Assembly: GCA_963693365.1 (NCBI GenBank)
Contig: CAVNZM010000008.1
Span: 2,422,763 to 2,486,762 of the forward strand
Origin: Amoebidium appalachense
Taxonomy: Eukaryota > Protista > Ichthyosporea
DNA: 64,000 nt
Direction: 5' to 3'
Position 1 is the first letter of the stretch. Every line of letters starts with the position of its first letter. The position numbers and the translations under genes were made by a program. The notes under the pieces are model-generated. The model worked only from the letters and a program-made list of their open reading frames with translations. It was not told the DNA's origin and did no database searches. Of the stretch, positions 36,362 through 56,714 are shown piece after piece.

Positions 36362-38232
36362 TCCTCCCTTCAAATCCCCCCCTCCCGGCCGGACGGCTCC
36401 CTCCTACACGCCCTCTCCGCCCTCTTCCCACACCACCAACTTCTATCGATCCGATCAACTATTTAATATATAATTGGGGCGAGGCTATTGTGCTGATTGT
36501 GTGTGTGTGTGTACATGCGGGCGTGCGCGCGCGCGTATGTGTATGTGTATGCGTGTGTACGTGTGCCCTTACGTTGCTGGCCCTCGAGTCACTTGTGTGA
36601 TCATGAGTCACGGCTCCACGAATATAGGACAACGACAAATCAATCTATGAATTAATAGCATGATATCAAAGCTATGTAATGGCTTGATTACTAGTAGTGC
36701 TCAAAGAGGTGCTCAAGGGATGAGTACCCCCCCCCCCCCCCCCCCCCCCCCAGCGCAACTCGGCTCTGGGAAGAAAGGTGTGGGGGTTAGCAAGTCATCA
36801 AGGGCCCGGTCCCCCCCTCCTTCCGCCCCCCCCCCCCCTCCTCCCTGCGCAACTCGGCTCTGGGAGGAAGGGGGGGGGGGGGGGGGGGGGGGGGAGGAGG
36901 GAGGTCTTGGCCACACAAGTCCATACGCCGGAAGTCCCCTCGCACCTGATTGGACAAAACACGATCTGGTGACGTAAAATCAGGGGAGAACGATTCTATC
37001 CCCAGGCGACATAAAGGGGCCGTCAGGCCCCTCTAGCAGGTGGTTGGGGGGGCGGCAGCCCCCCCATTTAGAGCCCAGACACACATAGGGTTATGGTTAT
37101 TGGGTTTATGTTTTTATGTTGGTAAATTATTATGAAATATTGTATTTTTTAGATCTCCCTATACCTAGGGGCTTACTTCGTATAGAACTACCTCGGTTTT
37201 GGCATTTCCAGCACAGCAAGGGCCCGGTTTCCCCCCCCCCACACCCCACTCCCCTTCCGCACCCTCCCCCCTTTTCTTGGGAACTCCTGATGCCCACCTA
37301 CATGGCATCCCCCCTTCCCCCCTAAACTCGCTCCCAAACTTTGATGATCTCCTATTCCCCTTCTCCCTCCCCTTCCTCCCCCCTCATCCTTCCTCCCCAG
37401 CTGTAAATCAAGAGTCTCTAAGTCGTTAAACATAATTTTTCCACGGCAAGGACATAGCTGTGCCTCTTCCTATGACGATAGTATATAAGTACCTTGTCGA
37501 GAGCCGTTTATGTTGCATGCACGGTAGGCAGCAACTACTCTGTTAAACTATAAACCACGTGCACGTGCCGCCGACAATATACATAAAATCTCACATTCAT
37601 GATTCCCCCTCCCCCCACCCCACCCTACCCCCTGCTCATCCACACCCATGGAATGTTTGGTGCTACCCGTTGTTAAAGAAGGCTTGGAACGTGAAAAGAT
37701 TAACTCTGGCATGCGACAGAGCTCGAGTAGTCTGTGAATGAACACAAGCAGATCCCCCCCCCTCCCCCCCCTCCCCACACACACACATACTCCCATTCCC
37801 AACCACCACCACCACATACCCCCCCTCCCCCCCCCCCCTCCCCCCCCCCCCTTCCCCACCGTCCCCCCCAATATTAGGTAAGTAAAAGCACACGTGCACA
37901 TGATGTCACGTGCATATCTACCATAGCTCAGTTTTGCATGCAGTACAGTATTAGCATGGACCAGGTATTGCCTATTCACAATTAATGAAGTAAAGGTACG
38001 CCCTCTCTGAGTCAGACTTGTCCAGACCTCAAGATCACAACTGATCCACCATCAGATCCCCCTTCCCCCCCCCACCTTTCCAGCCCCATCCTCCCCCCTA
38101 CCCCCCCCCCCCCCGGCCCCAAGCCCTCCCTCCTTGCCCCTTTGAACCTTTCCTTTCCCTGCCCATAAGTAGGCCTAATTGTCATTCACCCACACACACT
38201 ATGCAATCTTCTACCCTTTGCTCCAGCACTTA

Positions 38233-38713
38233 GGGATTGTTAAATCTGAAGTGGGAGGTGGGGGAGTAGTAAATATCGACGTCACCCCTGGTGGTACCAC
38301 CCTACCCTCCCTCCCTCCCTCCCCCCCCTCTCCCTCCCCGGAGGGGGGTGTACCCAACCCCTCTGGGGGGTGGGTGGGTTACCCCCATCCCCCTCCCCAA
38401 GGTAGCCCCAGGGTGGGTGGGTCCCCCTCCCCCCCCCCCCCCCCCCTTCGGACGGGGGAGAGGCCCACCTGGGAGAGCGGGGTGGTGGGTCCCCCTCCCC
38501 ACCCCCCCCCCCCGGGGGCCATCCCCCCACGCGTGCGCGTGATCATGGCCGGAGTCTGTTTCCCACTCACCAACGGTTGTAAATTACCTTAATTTTCTTT
38601 TTTTTTTTTTTTTGGAGGAATTGCTTCCGTTTTGGTCACCGATGCATACCCCCCCCCCCCCCCACCCCCACCCCTCCTCCTCTCCCCCCCCCCCCCCCCC
38701 CCCCCAACACACA

Positions 38714-38755
<42 letters not shown>

Positions 38756-39121
38756 CTCACCCCTTCGTGCTGGTGCTCTTCTTCTGCCGGATGCATACTC
38801 TTTGTGTGTTGCCTGTAAGGTCTGGTTTTGTTGTCGGCGTTGCCAAATGTGTACTACCAATATGCTCTATAACATTTTCTAACGACCCCTCCTCCGTCTC
38901 TCCATCCCCCTCCCCCCCCCCCCCCCCCCCCCCCCCACCCCCACCCCTATTCAATCTCCCCCCTTCACCCCTCTCTCCCCCCATTGAGTCAGCCTGCACA
39001 TTTACATGTACACAGGTAGTATAAATGTCATAGTAATGCAAGTGCTCACGTGCACGCACGCGCGCGCACACACACACACACACGTGTACACACACACACA
39101 TGTAAAACACACACACACACG

Positions 39122-39152
<31 letters not shown>

Positions 39153-39873
39153 CAGACACACACACACACACACACCACGCACATGCACACATGCAACAGC
39201 CAACTATTTCTGAATTATGAATTATTTGGTACAAGTTTATCTTATATGTATGTGTGCCTGTGTGGCGGGGAATGTGTGTGTGTGTGTCACTGGTGGGGTT
39301 TTGTGTATCTGCATGTTCGTGCGGATAATGTCACCCGGTGCTCATCGTTAGTCAAAGTTTGTGCACCTCTTGTGCGTGTGTGGTAATGTGTGTGCACGTA
39401 CGTGTGAACTAAAACCGTGTGAAAGTGTGTTTGAGTGTGTGTGCGCCCGCGGTGGGGTGACTGGGGACGAGTGCAAGAGGGGGAGGGGGAGCGGACATGG
39501 GCCCTGGGGGGAGGGGGGGGGAGAGGAAGGGGGGATGACCGCACGGCATATTGCCTATGTTTAAGGTGGTTAATGACTTCTATTAGTTAGCCTTATTGTT
39601 TACGTCTTGGCAATGTATGTAAACCGCTGCTTAATTATAGTCACTTATCTGATATAGTCACATGATGGCCACCTACGGGTGGGTGGGTTCCCCCCCGAGG
39701 CTCCCTGGGGCCTCTGTTAGCCAGAGGGGGTGGGTGGGTGTGGGGGGAGGGGGGGGGAGGGGGGGAGGGAGGACCCACCTGCCCAAAGCCTTGGTGGGTG
39801 GGTCCCCCCCATCCCCCCCTAAAGTTTAACATAACACTACTACCCCACTCCCCGTTTCAAAATCAAAAATCCC
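38233..39873. mobile_element. Degenerate PIF/Harbinger-like non-autonomous element, or two inverted related MITEs
   Basis: Left end TTA|GGGATTGTTAAATCTGAAGTGGGAG is an imperfect inverted match to the right end CTCCCCGTTTCAAAATCAAAAATCCC|TTA. TTA flanks both sides, and both arms carry gggtgggtcccc-type motifs. Confidence 0.5.
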
Positions 39874-41706
39874 TTACAGCCCAATATTCAACGATTCCGG
39901 TACGCTTCACGGCTGAGAATTCACCCACCCGCGGCAAAGGTCCCACCCTGGCCACATCCTCCGAGGACCCCTCACCCGCATACACCCCGGCCCCCTGCTC
40001 CCCCCCCCCCCCTCCCCCCCCCCCCCCTCTTCCCCCCCCCCCCCCCCTCCCCCTCCCCTCCCCCCCCCCCCCCCCCCCACCCAAACCCCAGCCCCAAGCC
40101 CAAGCCAACCACCACCTCCACCGCTTGTAACAACCGCCAACACCCCAACCCACCTAACCATTAGTTGAAGGCACCAGTACGTGTGACCAGAGAGTTTTTA
40201 AGTAAAGTCATTGAATGATCCCCAGATTTTTTTTAATAAAGCAAACTCTGTGCTTGCATGCAAATTCGGTATGATAATGATGGTGGTGCTTGTAGAGAAC
40301 GACAAAACCAGCATAAAGAGTAGCACGGGCACAAGCACAGTTGGTCCTCCATCTTGTTTTTTGTATCTGCAACTGCTATATTCTTGCAGATCTGCATAGA
40401 CGTGGAAGGCACTGCACAAAAAATGCAGAAGATTGCGCCCTGCTCGAAAGCTCTGCTCGAACGAACACACGTGCACACATTGAAATACCCCGCCTTGTGG
40501 GTAAACAAAGCAAGCTCGCAGTCGAGTCTAGTAAGAAGAATATGTAAGAAGAACTCAGTAGCGCCAAGCAGGTAGGCCGGTATGATACAAAGCATAAGGG
40601 TCTGAGCAGAAAGCCACTCATCAATGCCCGCCAGTATCATGTGAGTAGTAGTAATAAACGACCGTCAGTCTTGTCAGTCTACGCCACGTGGGCCAGCTCT
40701 GCGTCCCGGCCCGAGTGAGCCCGGGCTTTGACCTTGAGTCAAGCCTCGCAAAGTTTTCTCCGGAACGGAGTTCAGGGCCTCGGAAGATCTAGGAGCACGG
40801 CCCCCTGAAAAGGGGCCCAGGCCTAGGCGGGGAGGCTCAAGAATCAAGGGGAGGACGGCGTGTACGGTCCCAGCTCGGCGTAATCGGCGCAGTGAGGATG
40901 GAGCGGCTGGAACACGTCGCTCTAGCATATGAGTGCCAAACAACGAGAAGTGGAACACTATGTGTACCGCAAATATCTAAACACATTTAAAAATGTATAA
41001 CAGGAGTATAACAGGAAGTCCAACATCCATTAATGAAATATATAGCATTTGTATCTATGTCTAGAGGCATGCCAAATTTGCCAACCTCAGGCAAACTTTG
41101 TACTTCCCAGAGTCATTGGAGCAACATCATGACTCTGCTTCGCTCTTGACATGATCGTCCGCCAATCAAAACAAGTGAGCCAATTGAAATTACCACAAGT
41201 GGGTCACCCAATAGGAACGCGCAGTTTTACAATGTGCAAGTATATGAGCGGGATGCTCTCCCGGACTTCAGTCCGTGACAAAAAAAAACGTACGTACAAA
41301 AGGAGAACACGAGGCCGACCTATTTCTTTTCCCTGGCATCTTTTCCTTCCTAGGCATGAATCGTGCTGTTGGTTGTCGGTTTTTGGCAGAGCGAGGCTTT
41401 TTTTGCGGTATAAGAGGTATATGTTGTAAACTTGTACTCGCAAGCTTGCAAGGGGTTTGTTGATTCTTGTTGCTGAACTTAGCTGTGTTACTGTCATCGT
41501 TTGCACCGTGCGACATTTCCAGCCGATGCTCTCAATCTCTCTTTCTCCCTCTCGCATCCTCCCCCCCTCTCCCTACCCCCACTCCCCCCCCTCCTCCCTC
41601 TCCCCCCCTTCCTTCGCCCCGGCCCTCCGCCTCCCCCGTGTTTAAAAACTCTGGGGTACCCTTCTTCCCTCCGCCCACCACACACACACACACACACACA
41701 CACACT

Positions 41707-41770
<64 letters not shown>

Positions 41771-42135
41771 TCTCCCCCCCCCCCCCTCCCCCCCCCCCTT
41801 CCCCCCCTCCCCCTCCCTTCCTCGCTCCTTCCCCCCCTTCCCCCCGTCCCCTACCTCCTTGCTGTCCTGGAGGTCTCAGTACAACCGTCTGATGGCTCAC
41901 TTTTTTTTTTTCACTGGAGTGGTTTTTCTTTTGCAGATCTCTACACAGCTACCTCTTTTCAATGCAAGGACATCCGTCAAAACACATAACAACCACCAAT
42001 TAGCAGGATCTCACGTCTCCCAAGGAGTAACATGAAACGTTTCCTGCAGCAATTGCAACTGCCCTACGCTCACAGCCTAAGCTGCACTTCCACCCTTGGT
42101 CATTTCAGTCGGTCCGCTCCAATCTTACTGTCATC

Positions 42136-48873
<6,738 letters not shown>

Positions 48874-49893
48874 ACATTTTTTTGGGTTTTTATTATTGTT
48901 TTTTTTTAAAAAAAAGGTAACAAATATGGGAATGCATGCTATGTTCACCTCTGGTAGGTGTGGATGAGCCGAATGCTGTCCCAAGCAAAATAAATGGTTC
49001 CTGCGATGAATGTCAGAGGAATATTAGAGGTTTCAGTCTTTACCCCCCCCCCCCCCCCCCCCCCTCCCCCTCCAACCAGGCCCAGGAGGCCTCCTCTCAT
49101 GATCACGGGCCGCCCCACCTTCATCCCTCCGTTCTCTACAGAGTGAGTTACTTGGCTGTGTTTCTGTCAGCTTGTGCATCTGCATGATACGTGCATGTCG
49201 GTGACCCTGACCGGTACCAACGAAAAGCACACATATGCCCATATTAGTAGATTGCATGGATGCACCTGTGTTTTTTGTGGGCTGGGTGCGCAGGTGCAAT
49301 GTAGGGGTGTACAGAGGTGTCCGTCCATGTGCCATGTAAACTATACGTGCTCAGTATACTTGTGCTAAAACTGTGTGCACATGTGGGTGATTTAGCCATG
49401 TGCATGGTAACTAACAAAATTGAAATTGTAGGTGTCGGAAACTGTATGTTTGTGTGCATTATTGTGCTGGCATGTCCAACTGTATGGCATATGCAGGTAC
49501 GGACTTTTGGACTTGTGTGCTCGTAGTTTATGTTTTCCCACGGCATGCATATTTGCATAATTATATACAATTCAATCATAGTTGCATCTATTAGAGTCTG
49601 TGCTTAGCTTACACTGGATGTGCGCACGTTACGGGGCACGTGCGGAGGAAATTCAATAGAGCAAGCATGGGTGTGCCTGTCTACCTCGTTTACTGCACAC
49701 TATTATAATTAGTACCAGGCTGAATTTGTATCCGCCCGGTCCATGTGCACCTACAAAATGTGCTGGGGCGTGCATGTGCCGCTACGGCAATCACCTATGT
49801 CAGGTGCCTTGCGTGTGTGATTGTGAATCTTGTGATGCATGTGCATGCGCAAATCATCAGGCTGTACGCATGTGTGCCTGTGTGTGTGCGTGT

Positions 49894-49931
<38 letters not shown>

Positions 49932-51205
49932 TCGAGGGGTAGGGGGGAGAAGAGGAGGGGGGGGGGGGGAGGGGGATGGGGATCGAGGGGGAGGGGGGAT
50001 CTAGGGGCCCCGGAGGGGGGAGAGGAGGGGGAGGGGGGAGGGGGGGGGGGGGGGGGGGGGGGGGCTTGGCAGGGTGGCAGCGGATACGTGCCAATGTGCC
50101 ACAAGCCGTGGTGAACACATGTGCAACGTGAAATTTGTTCACTTTGTGCAATAAATTTTTGACTTGGTGTTTGTCCCACACAGGGTATGTACGTGTTTGG
50201 GTTGAAAGAGGAGCTGGATGAAGAGTTTTGGGACTGAGGGAGGCTGCACTGTTCCGAATAGAGACCAGAGAACGCCTGGCCGGGGGTTGGGGGGGGTTTT
50301 TGGGGGGGGGGGGGGGGGGGGAGTTGGGGGGGGATATGAGCAAGAACACTCTAGACCGAAAATGTTGTGCTTGTCCTTATATCGACAAGCGTGCAAGTAC
50401 ATGTGCTTGCCAGCGTTAGCTTGTAAATGCTAAGATAAGATTAGGTTTGACAGCTCTATACTACGATTTCTCTCATGGCCAAAATGGTGTTGTCAGTTAC
50501 TTAAGTCAAGTTGTGCCCAAGACTGACCTGTTTGCACCGGTTGCTGCTTGAACACCACGCCATACAATTACAACACTGGCTGAAGTGCAATAGCCAATAC
50601 TACACCAACCATTCATAGTCCCACCAAGAGTACGAACTAAATCAAAGGACCTCTGGGCCTCTGGCGCCCAAGGGCAGAGGGCTAACTCAAACGAGCACAT
50701 TGAATCAATGTTCTGCCGTTCCTGCCCCGCCAAAGTCAGGCCGGATCACGGTCCACGTGCGACTTTGCATCTGCTGGGAAGCCATGGCCTAATCGTCCAG
50801 ACGGTGTGCCGGGGCACGCGTATTATAGACTTCCAGTTGGTAAACTTACTGCAGCATTAAGCCTGCCTCCTGCCTCCAAGCCCGGGATTTGCAAGTCTGT
50901 GCCCGGGTTCACATCTTTTTGTATCATCTGGCCAGGTAGCACTTCCAAAACCGGCCAGAAAAGCGCACGGGGGACAGCTTGGGCCTTCCAGGTATGGAGC
51001 CCGCCTAGGTAGAAAACAAAGAGGGGTTAGCTGCTGCGCTGTGCATTCTACCCGCATGCCACCAGGCCAGGGCCGTGGCAACGGGAGGCACTTGTGCCCT
51101 TACACCGAGTATTCTCAGGTGCCGTCCAGGGCGTATGGGTGTGGGGCATGCAAGCGAGCTTGTGATAGCCGGGGCTGTTTTTGTGTGTATGCACGTGCAT
51201 AGGTG

Positions 51206-51476
51206 TGAAAAAGAAAACGGCAGAGGAGCAGGCCAGGCTTCGGATGGACACTATGCCTTGCAACTGGCGGCCGCAACAGTGCAAGGCAAACTGATGTCGT
51301 CTGAATGCCATGGGTGTGCAAACTTTGGTGAAGGGATGGAAATAAAAGAAAACAGCAGAGGAGCAGGCCAGGCTTCAGATGGACACTATGCCTTACAACT
51401 GGCGGCCGCAACAGAGCAAGGCAATCTGATGTCTAAATGCCATGGGTGTGCAACCTCTGGTGAAGGAAAGGAAATA
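51206..51476. repeat. Two tandem copies of a ~135-bp unit with few mismatches
   Basis: aagaaaacggcagaggagcaggccaggcttc... at 51211 recurs at 51346 with few substitutions and a 3-nt indel. Confidence 0.95.
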
Positions 51477-51899
51477 CCACGGAAGGAACAAGCCAAAAAA
51501 CACACAAAGAATCAATCCACAAAGAAGGTCAAGGAATGCAAACAAATGTGCGGGTAAACCGACAACACTGTTCATCGTGGAAACGAAAGGAAGGAAGAAG
51601 CCTGCAAGCAGGACGGGCCACCGGCAAGCCCTACGAAACACAGTGCAAGCAGCCAACCCCTTACCTTCTTGCTGCCGCTGTGGCCCTAAGCTGGTGCCGT
51701 CCTACCCACAGCCGTACAAATATGCAACCGAGCGTTGATAAGGAGGACTTGGAGCTGGGGTGTGGATGGAGGCGTCTCCTCTTGCGCGCTGCCCGTCTTG
51801 TTCTTCTTGGAGCTAGCCCGAATATATGCTCGTTGTGTGCCGCCTCGTGTAGGCTCGCTTGGGGATGTCGGCCCAGGGTCGACAACACCAATCATGTTG

Positions 51900-52290
51900 A
51901 ATCAAAGGGCGCTGCTGACGGCAGCCTCACCGGTGCCCGTACGCCACGGCTTCAGTTGGCGTGGTGGCGCCAGGCTTGAGGAACTTGCAGTAAGATAGGC
52001 ATTGCCGGTTGCTATACTGGCAAGGTGTTTACGGTTGTCTTGCGACAGTGATGTTACCCCACGATGTAGCCATGTTCAATTGCAACTTTTCCCAGAGCTG
52101 ACAGGTTTTTGATAGACGAGAATGAACGAATTGTCGTGAGCCTCCTTTTTATACTTTTTGTGAATGATTCCTCTGCACCAATTGGTTGCTCAGAGATAGG
52201 CAAATGCTTTCACCACGATGCCTAAGTTTACGTTCTTCAGAACCTTGTTCTGGTCTTGCTTTTTTTCGCTTTTTTTTCTTCTAATTATCA
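51900..52290 (-). pseudogene. Decayed coding fragment, probably transposon-derived
   Basis: Reads KKQDQNKVLKNVNLGIVVKAFAYL*ATNWCRGIIHKKYKKEAHDNSFILVYQKP...CN*TW, with in-frame TGAs at 52190 and 52076, inside a repeat-poor block between convergent genes. Confidence 0.35.
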
Positions 52291-53347
52291 GAAAGTTACA
52301 AAAAATAAGTATAGTGTAATTTGAAATGGAAGGAATCAGAATTCGAATTAGCTGATGGGCTGTACACAGGGTCATGCCAGCCAAATGGGAGCTGTGACAC
52401 TGTCTGAGATCAATTTGCACTGTTGTAACTGTTTCCCATAGGATGTTCTGATTAGTCAATAATTGATGCTTCCTCCATCCGATTGGTTTATCTGTTGTTG
52501 GCGCGCCAGGCGCGGCAATGGCGCCAGTAACGTCTTTGCCGAGGCTCGAGTAAACAGCGTAAACCCCCTGGGCACAAATACAAATAAACCCCGCAAAAGT
52601 GTGTGTGTGACTTTGGACTGCCACGGTGTGCGCCGTCTGCTGGCTGTGCAGACTGTTGATCAGTCCAACGGGGACTGGGCTGTTGCAGAGCAGTTTGAGG
52701 AGCTCCATGCGCGCAGCCTGCCCCTGCCCCCTGCCTTGACCACCCGGGCTGTTCGTCAAGCCAAGACCCTCGCCGAAGTCACTTTACTTATTAAACATGC
52801 ACACAATCACAAGATAATCACGCAATATAACAAATGGAAAAAGATACCACACGACACTAGACCCGATGAAAGCATACACCTTGAAAAACTAAGCCTTATG
52901 TCTCGTTTTATATATACTGACCGCCTCAACCATATTGCCAAATATGCATATATGGCACTCGCAAATGTATAACACCGAAATACATATTACCTTCCTGTAG
53001 AACTGGTCTTTCTCTAGCTGATGGTATTATTGATCAATTACCACGCTTTTACTGTACACGTGCTATACAGTGGAGATCTAATAAGTATACGGTGGCATCA
53101 TTTGCATGCCCAAACAACACACACACACACCAGTTTAACCGGTCATGTATCGCCAAATGTAGTTTGGTAGGCCACATAATCATTCAAAAAAAAAAAAAGG
53201 CACATTCACAACAGACACCCAGAAAGATAGCCTACCTGTAAATTACAACATCCTTGATTTTATACTAAACACGCGTAACTACGACCTGTTTATTAGATGT
53301 ATTGATTGGCTTGAGAAACACGTCACTACAAAATTCTAGCACACGCA

Positions 53348-53465
<118 letters not shown>

Positions 53466-53794
53466 CCAGCTGATACCGAGTGTCCCAGGGGAGCCCCAAA
53501 AAAAAAAACAAAAAAAGAAAAAAAAGAAAAAACAAAAAAAAACGGGGAACCCCAACTAATTGATTTCTCTACGGTAGTCTTTATGGTGTCTCGTAGAGAA
53601 AGTAAACCCTGATATATAGTCATCACCCGACATCTATGTACGTGATCATGATATACCGCTGAGGGGATATTCCGAGCAAAAAACCCCCTATACCTGAGAC
53701 TGGTTTCTCTTTGCCTCGAGTAAACAGCGTAAACCCCTAAACCCCCTGCAGTTATATATGGCTCAGTGTACACGTGATTTTGAACCACCGTGCC

Positions 53795-53944
53795 GTCTCG
53801 AAATTCTATTTTTATCTTTCTAATTTTAGTAACACCCTTACATTTTGGTAGTATCAATATCCCCTGCGCTGTCTCGAAAATTCTATTTTTATCGTTCTAT
53901 TTTTAGCAACACCCTTACATTTTGGTAGTATCAATAATCCCTGC
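53795..53944. repeat. Two tandem copies of a ~76-bp AT-rich unit
   Basis: gtctcgaaattctatttttatc...aacacccttacattttggtagtatcaata at 53795 and 53871. Confidence 0.9.
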
Positions 53945-54263
53945 CTGTGTTCCAGAGGGCCATTTTGAACGTTAACACTCATGCGACACTGCAGCTCATG
54001 AGCTCGACTCTGATCCGCCCAGATGCAAGACACAAGGCAACCAACAAAACACACCTCCACAGTGTAAAAATGCTCCCCAAACGTTCCCATACAGATACCT
54101 ACTAACTACAAAAGCTCACACGTGTGCTCTGGCCCAAAACGGGTTATCACGAGCGAGCTATAGAGAGAGGAGTAGGGCGAGTGGATCGAGGGGTTGAAGG
54201 GGAGAGCTCGGGGGAAGGGGGGGAGGGGGAAAGATGGGAGATGTTCATGATCTTGAGAGAGAC

Positions 54264-54404
<141 letters not shown>

Positions 54405-54709
54405 GGAGGGGAGGGAGGGGGGAGGGAGGGAGGGAGGGAGGGAGGGAGGGAGGGAGGGAGGGCCGGGAGGGAGGGGGGGAGGGAGGGAGGGAGGGAGGGG
54501 GAGGGAGGGAGGGAGGGAGAGAGAAAGGGTATGTGTGTGTGACACGTGTGTGTGTGTGTGTGTGTGAAATTCGCATGCGTGCGCACGCGTGTGTACTTCT
54601 TTGTGTTTGTGTGTGCGTGTGTACGTGGCCGAGCGCGCGTGTGCGTTTTTTTTTTGTTGTTGTTGTTGTTGTTGGTTGTTGTTGGTTGTTGTTGGGTGTT
54701 GTTGGGTGT

Positions 54710-54755
<46 letters not shown>

Positions 54756-55229
54756 AACAAACCCTTCGTAGGGAGCAGACAGATGTATTTATTGATGTGG
54801 GGTGGGATGAGAGCCAATATCTGCTCAATAGGCACCACCAAACCGATACACGATCCGACATTCCCAACCCATATACTATAATTAAATAAACGAGTACAGT
54901 GAGTAAAAGTGTGCACTTTCCACATGCCTTGGAACCACCTTCATTCTTAAAGCTCATCCTAACACGTGCAGATGTCAAGGGTACAAATGAATTTGTTTGC
55001 AATATGCATGTGCAATCCGTTTGTATAAAAGCTAAAAGGAGTGCTAATAAGAGTCTGCAAGTGAGCGTACGCATGCGTGTACGTGCATGTTGCAATCCTG
55101 CCCACGTTTGTGTGTGTGTGTGTGGTGTCCATATGGTGTACACACTGCACGCGAGTATGCACGTCTGCGTGCATGTGTGTGTGCACGTGTGTATGTGCGA
55201 ACGTGCGTGTGTGTGCACGTGTGTGCACA

Positions 55230-56250
55230 CTACTTCTTGACAATCTGCACGACGTCTTCATCCATCAAGATGTGGTCCTTGCCGCACTTCTGGGGGTTGT
55301 GCTTGACCGACGAGCCCCATACAAGCGCACTGGGGGAGAAAAAACGAAAATCAGCAAACATAAGACACTTTCACATGCGGTTAGAACAACTTCAAAGTAT
55401 GCACTTCATGTAAGTTACTATTTACATGTTCGTCCACATTCTTAAAATGCACCCCTCCCTCCCTCCTTTCCGGGGGAAAAAAGGACACACACCAAGCCCC
55501 CCTCCTTACCCCCACATTTCCGCGCAAATACAGTTTGTGATCACTTTAGGCACATGGGTCAAAAACATCTGGGCAAGAAATGAGGGATATGGGGACAGAA
55601 TAAGCGTGAAGAGGAGAAAATACACACAAGCATAATCACATAAGTTCCGCGCGTGTGTGTGTATGTCTGCATTTGCAACACGCGCCTGTATGGAAACTAC
55701 TGCTCTCGCCATTTCTTCCTCTCCTTTTAAATATTTTTCACTCTTCTTCCCCCCCACCTTAAAACGTAAGCATGGCACTTATGTGCACTGTGCATGTGCC
55801 AGGGGGACGGGAGGGGAGGTGGGGGAAGAGGAGGGGGGTGTGGGTGGGGGGAACACAAAAGCAAAAAAAAGGAGGAAAGGAAAACGTACTATTTGAACTC
55901 AGCCAGCAGCTGTTTGTGAATCTGGTTGCAGAAATCCTCGATGCTCGTCTTGCCGTTGCGCAACACCACGGGGGCATCGTAGTCGGGTAGCTGGCCCTTG
56001 GGCTTGGTGTAGCTGTACAATGGGGGAAGTTTAGGCAATAATACAGGTAAAACACGGATGATTTACCGGATTCTACCGGAGTATATGCGCTGGACTCGAA
56101 ATAGGCGATGCTAAAGGGTTGGATCGTTAAAACTACCGGCACGGGACGGTAGTACGACAATGTGCACACGAGGGAAGGCACATACAGATCACACAAACAG
56201 CAGCCAAAAAGTCGAGGGGAAGGGGGTGGGTGGGTGGGTGGGACGGGGGG

Positions 56251-56299
<49 letters not shown>

Positions 56300-56420
56300 G
56301 GGATATGGCCTGCAGTCTGTTGTGGGCGCGTTAGGGAACGGGGGGGGGGGGGGAGGGGGAGGGGGGGGGGGGGGGGGGGGGGATATGGCCTGCAGTCTGT
56401 TGTGGGTGCGTTAGGGAACG

Positions 56421-56461
<41 letters not shown>

Positions 56462-56671
56462 AGAATGCATTATTGAGAAAAGAGTACATATTTATGACGA
56501 ACAGTGTCGGGGAACTCACGACAGAGACAAGGTGTGTGTGTGTGTGTGTGCATGTGTGTGCGGGCGTGTTTGCGGAACGGGAGGGAGAGAGGGAGGGATG
56601 AACAGACGGACGGCACAAAGAGAGAGAAAGAAGAGCGAAAGGGTGGGAGGGGGGAGGGGGGAGGGGGGAGA

Positions 56672-56714
<43 letters not shown>

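Noticed and set aside
40233-40640. 135-aa minus-strand ORF
   Set aside because: No recognisable motif, promoter or consistent exon chain.
50730-50800. HDV-like ribozyme (caaagtc...gactttg stem)
   Set aside because: It lacks the P1.1 GG and a compatible P2/J4-2 arrangement.
51206-51476. CRISPR-like array
   Set aside because: Only two long tandem units, no unique spacers, and a eukaryotic context with no cas genes.
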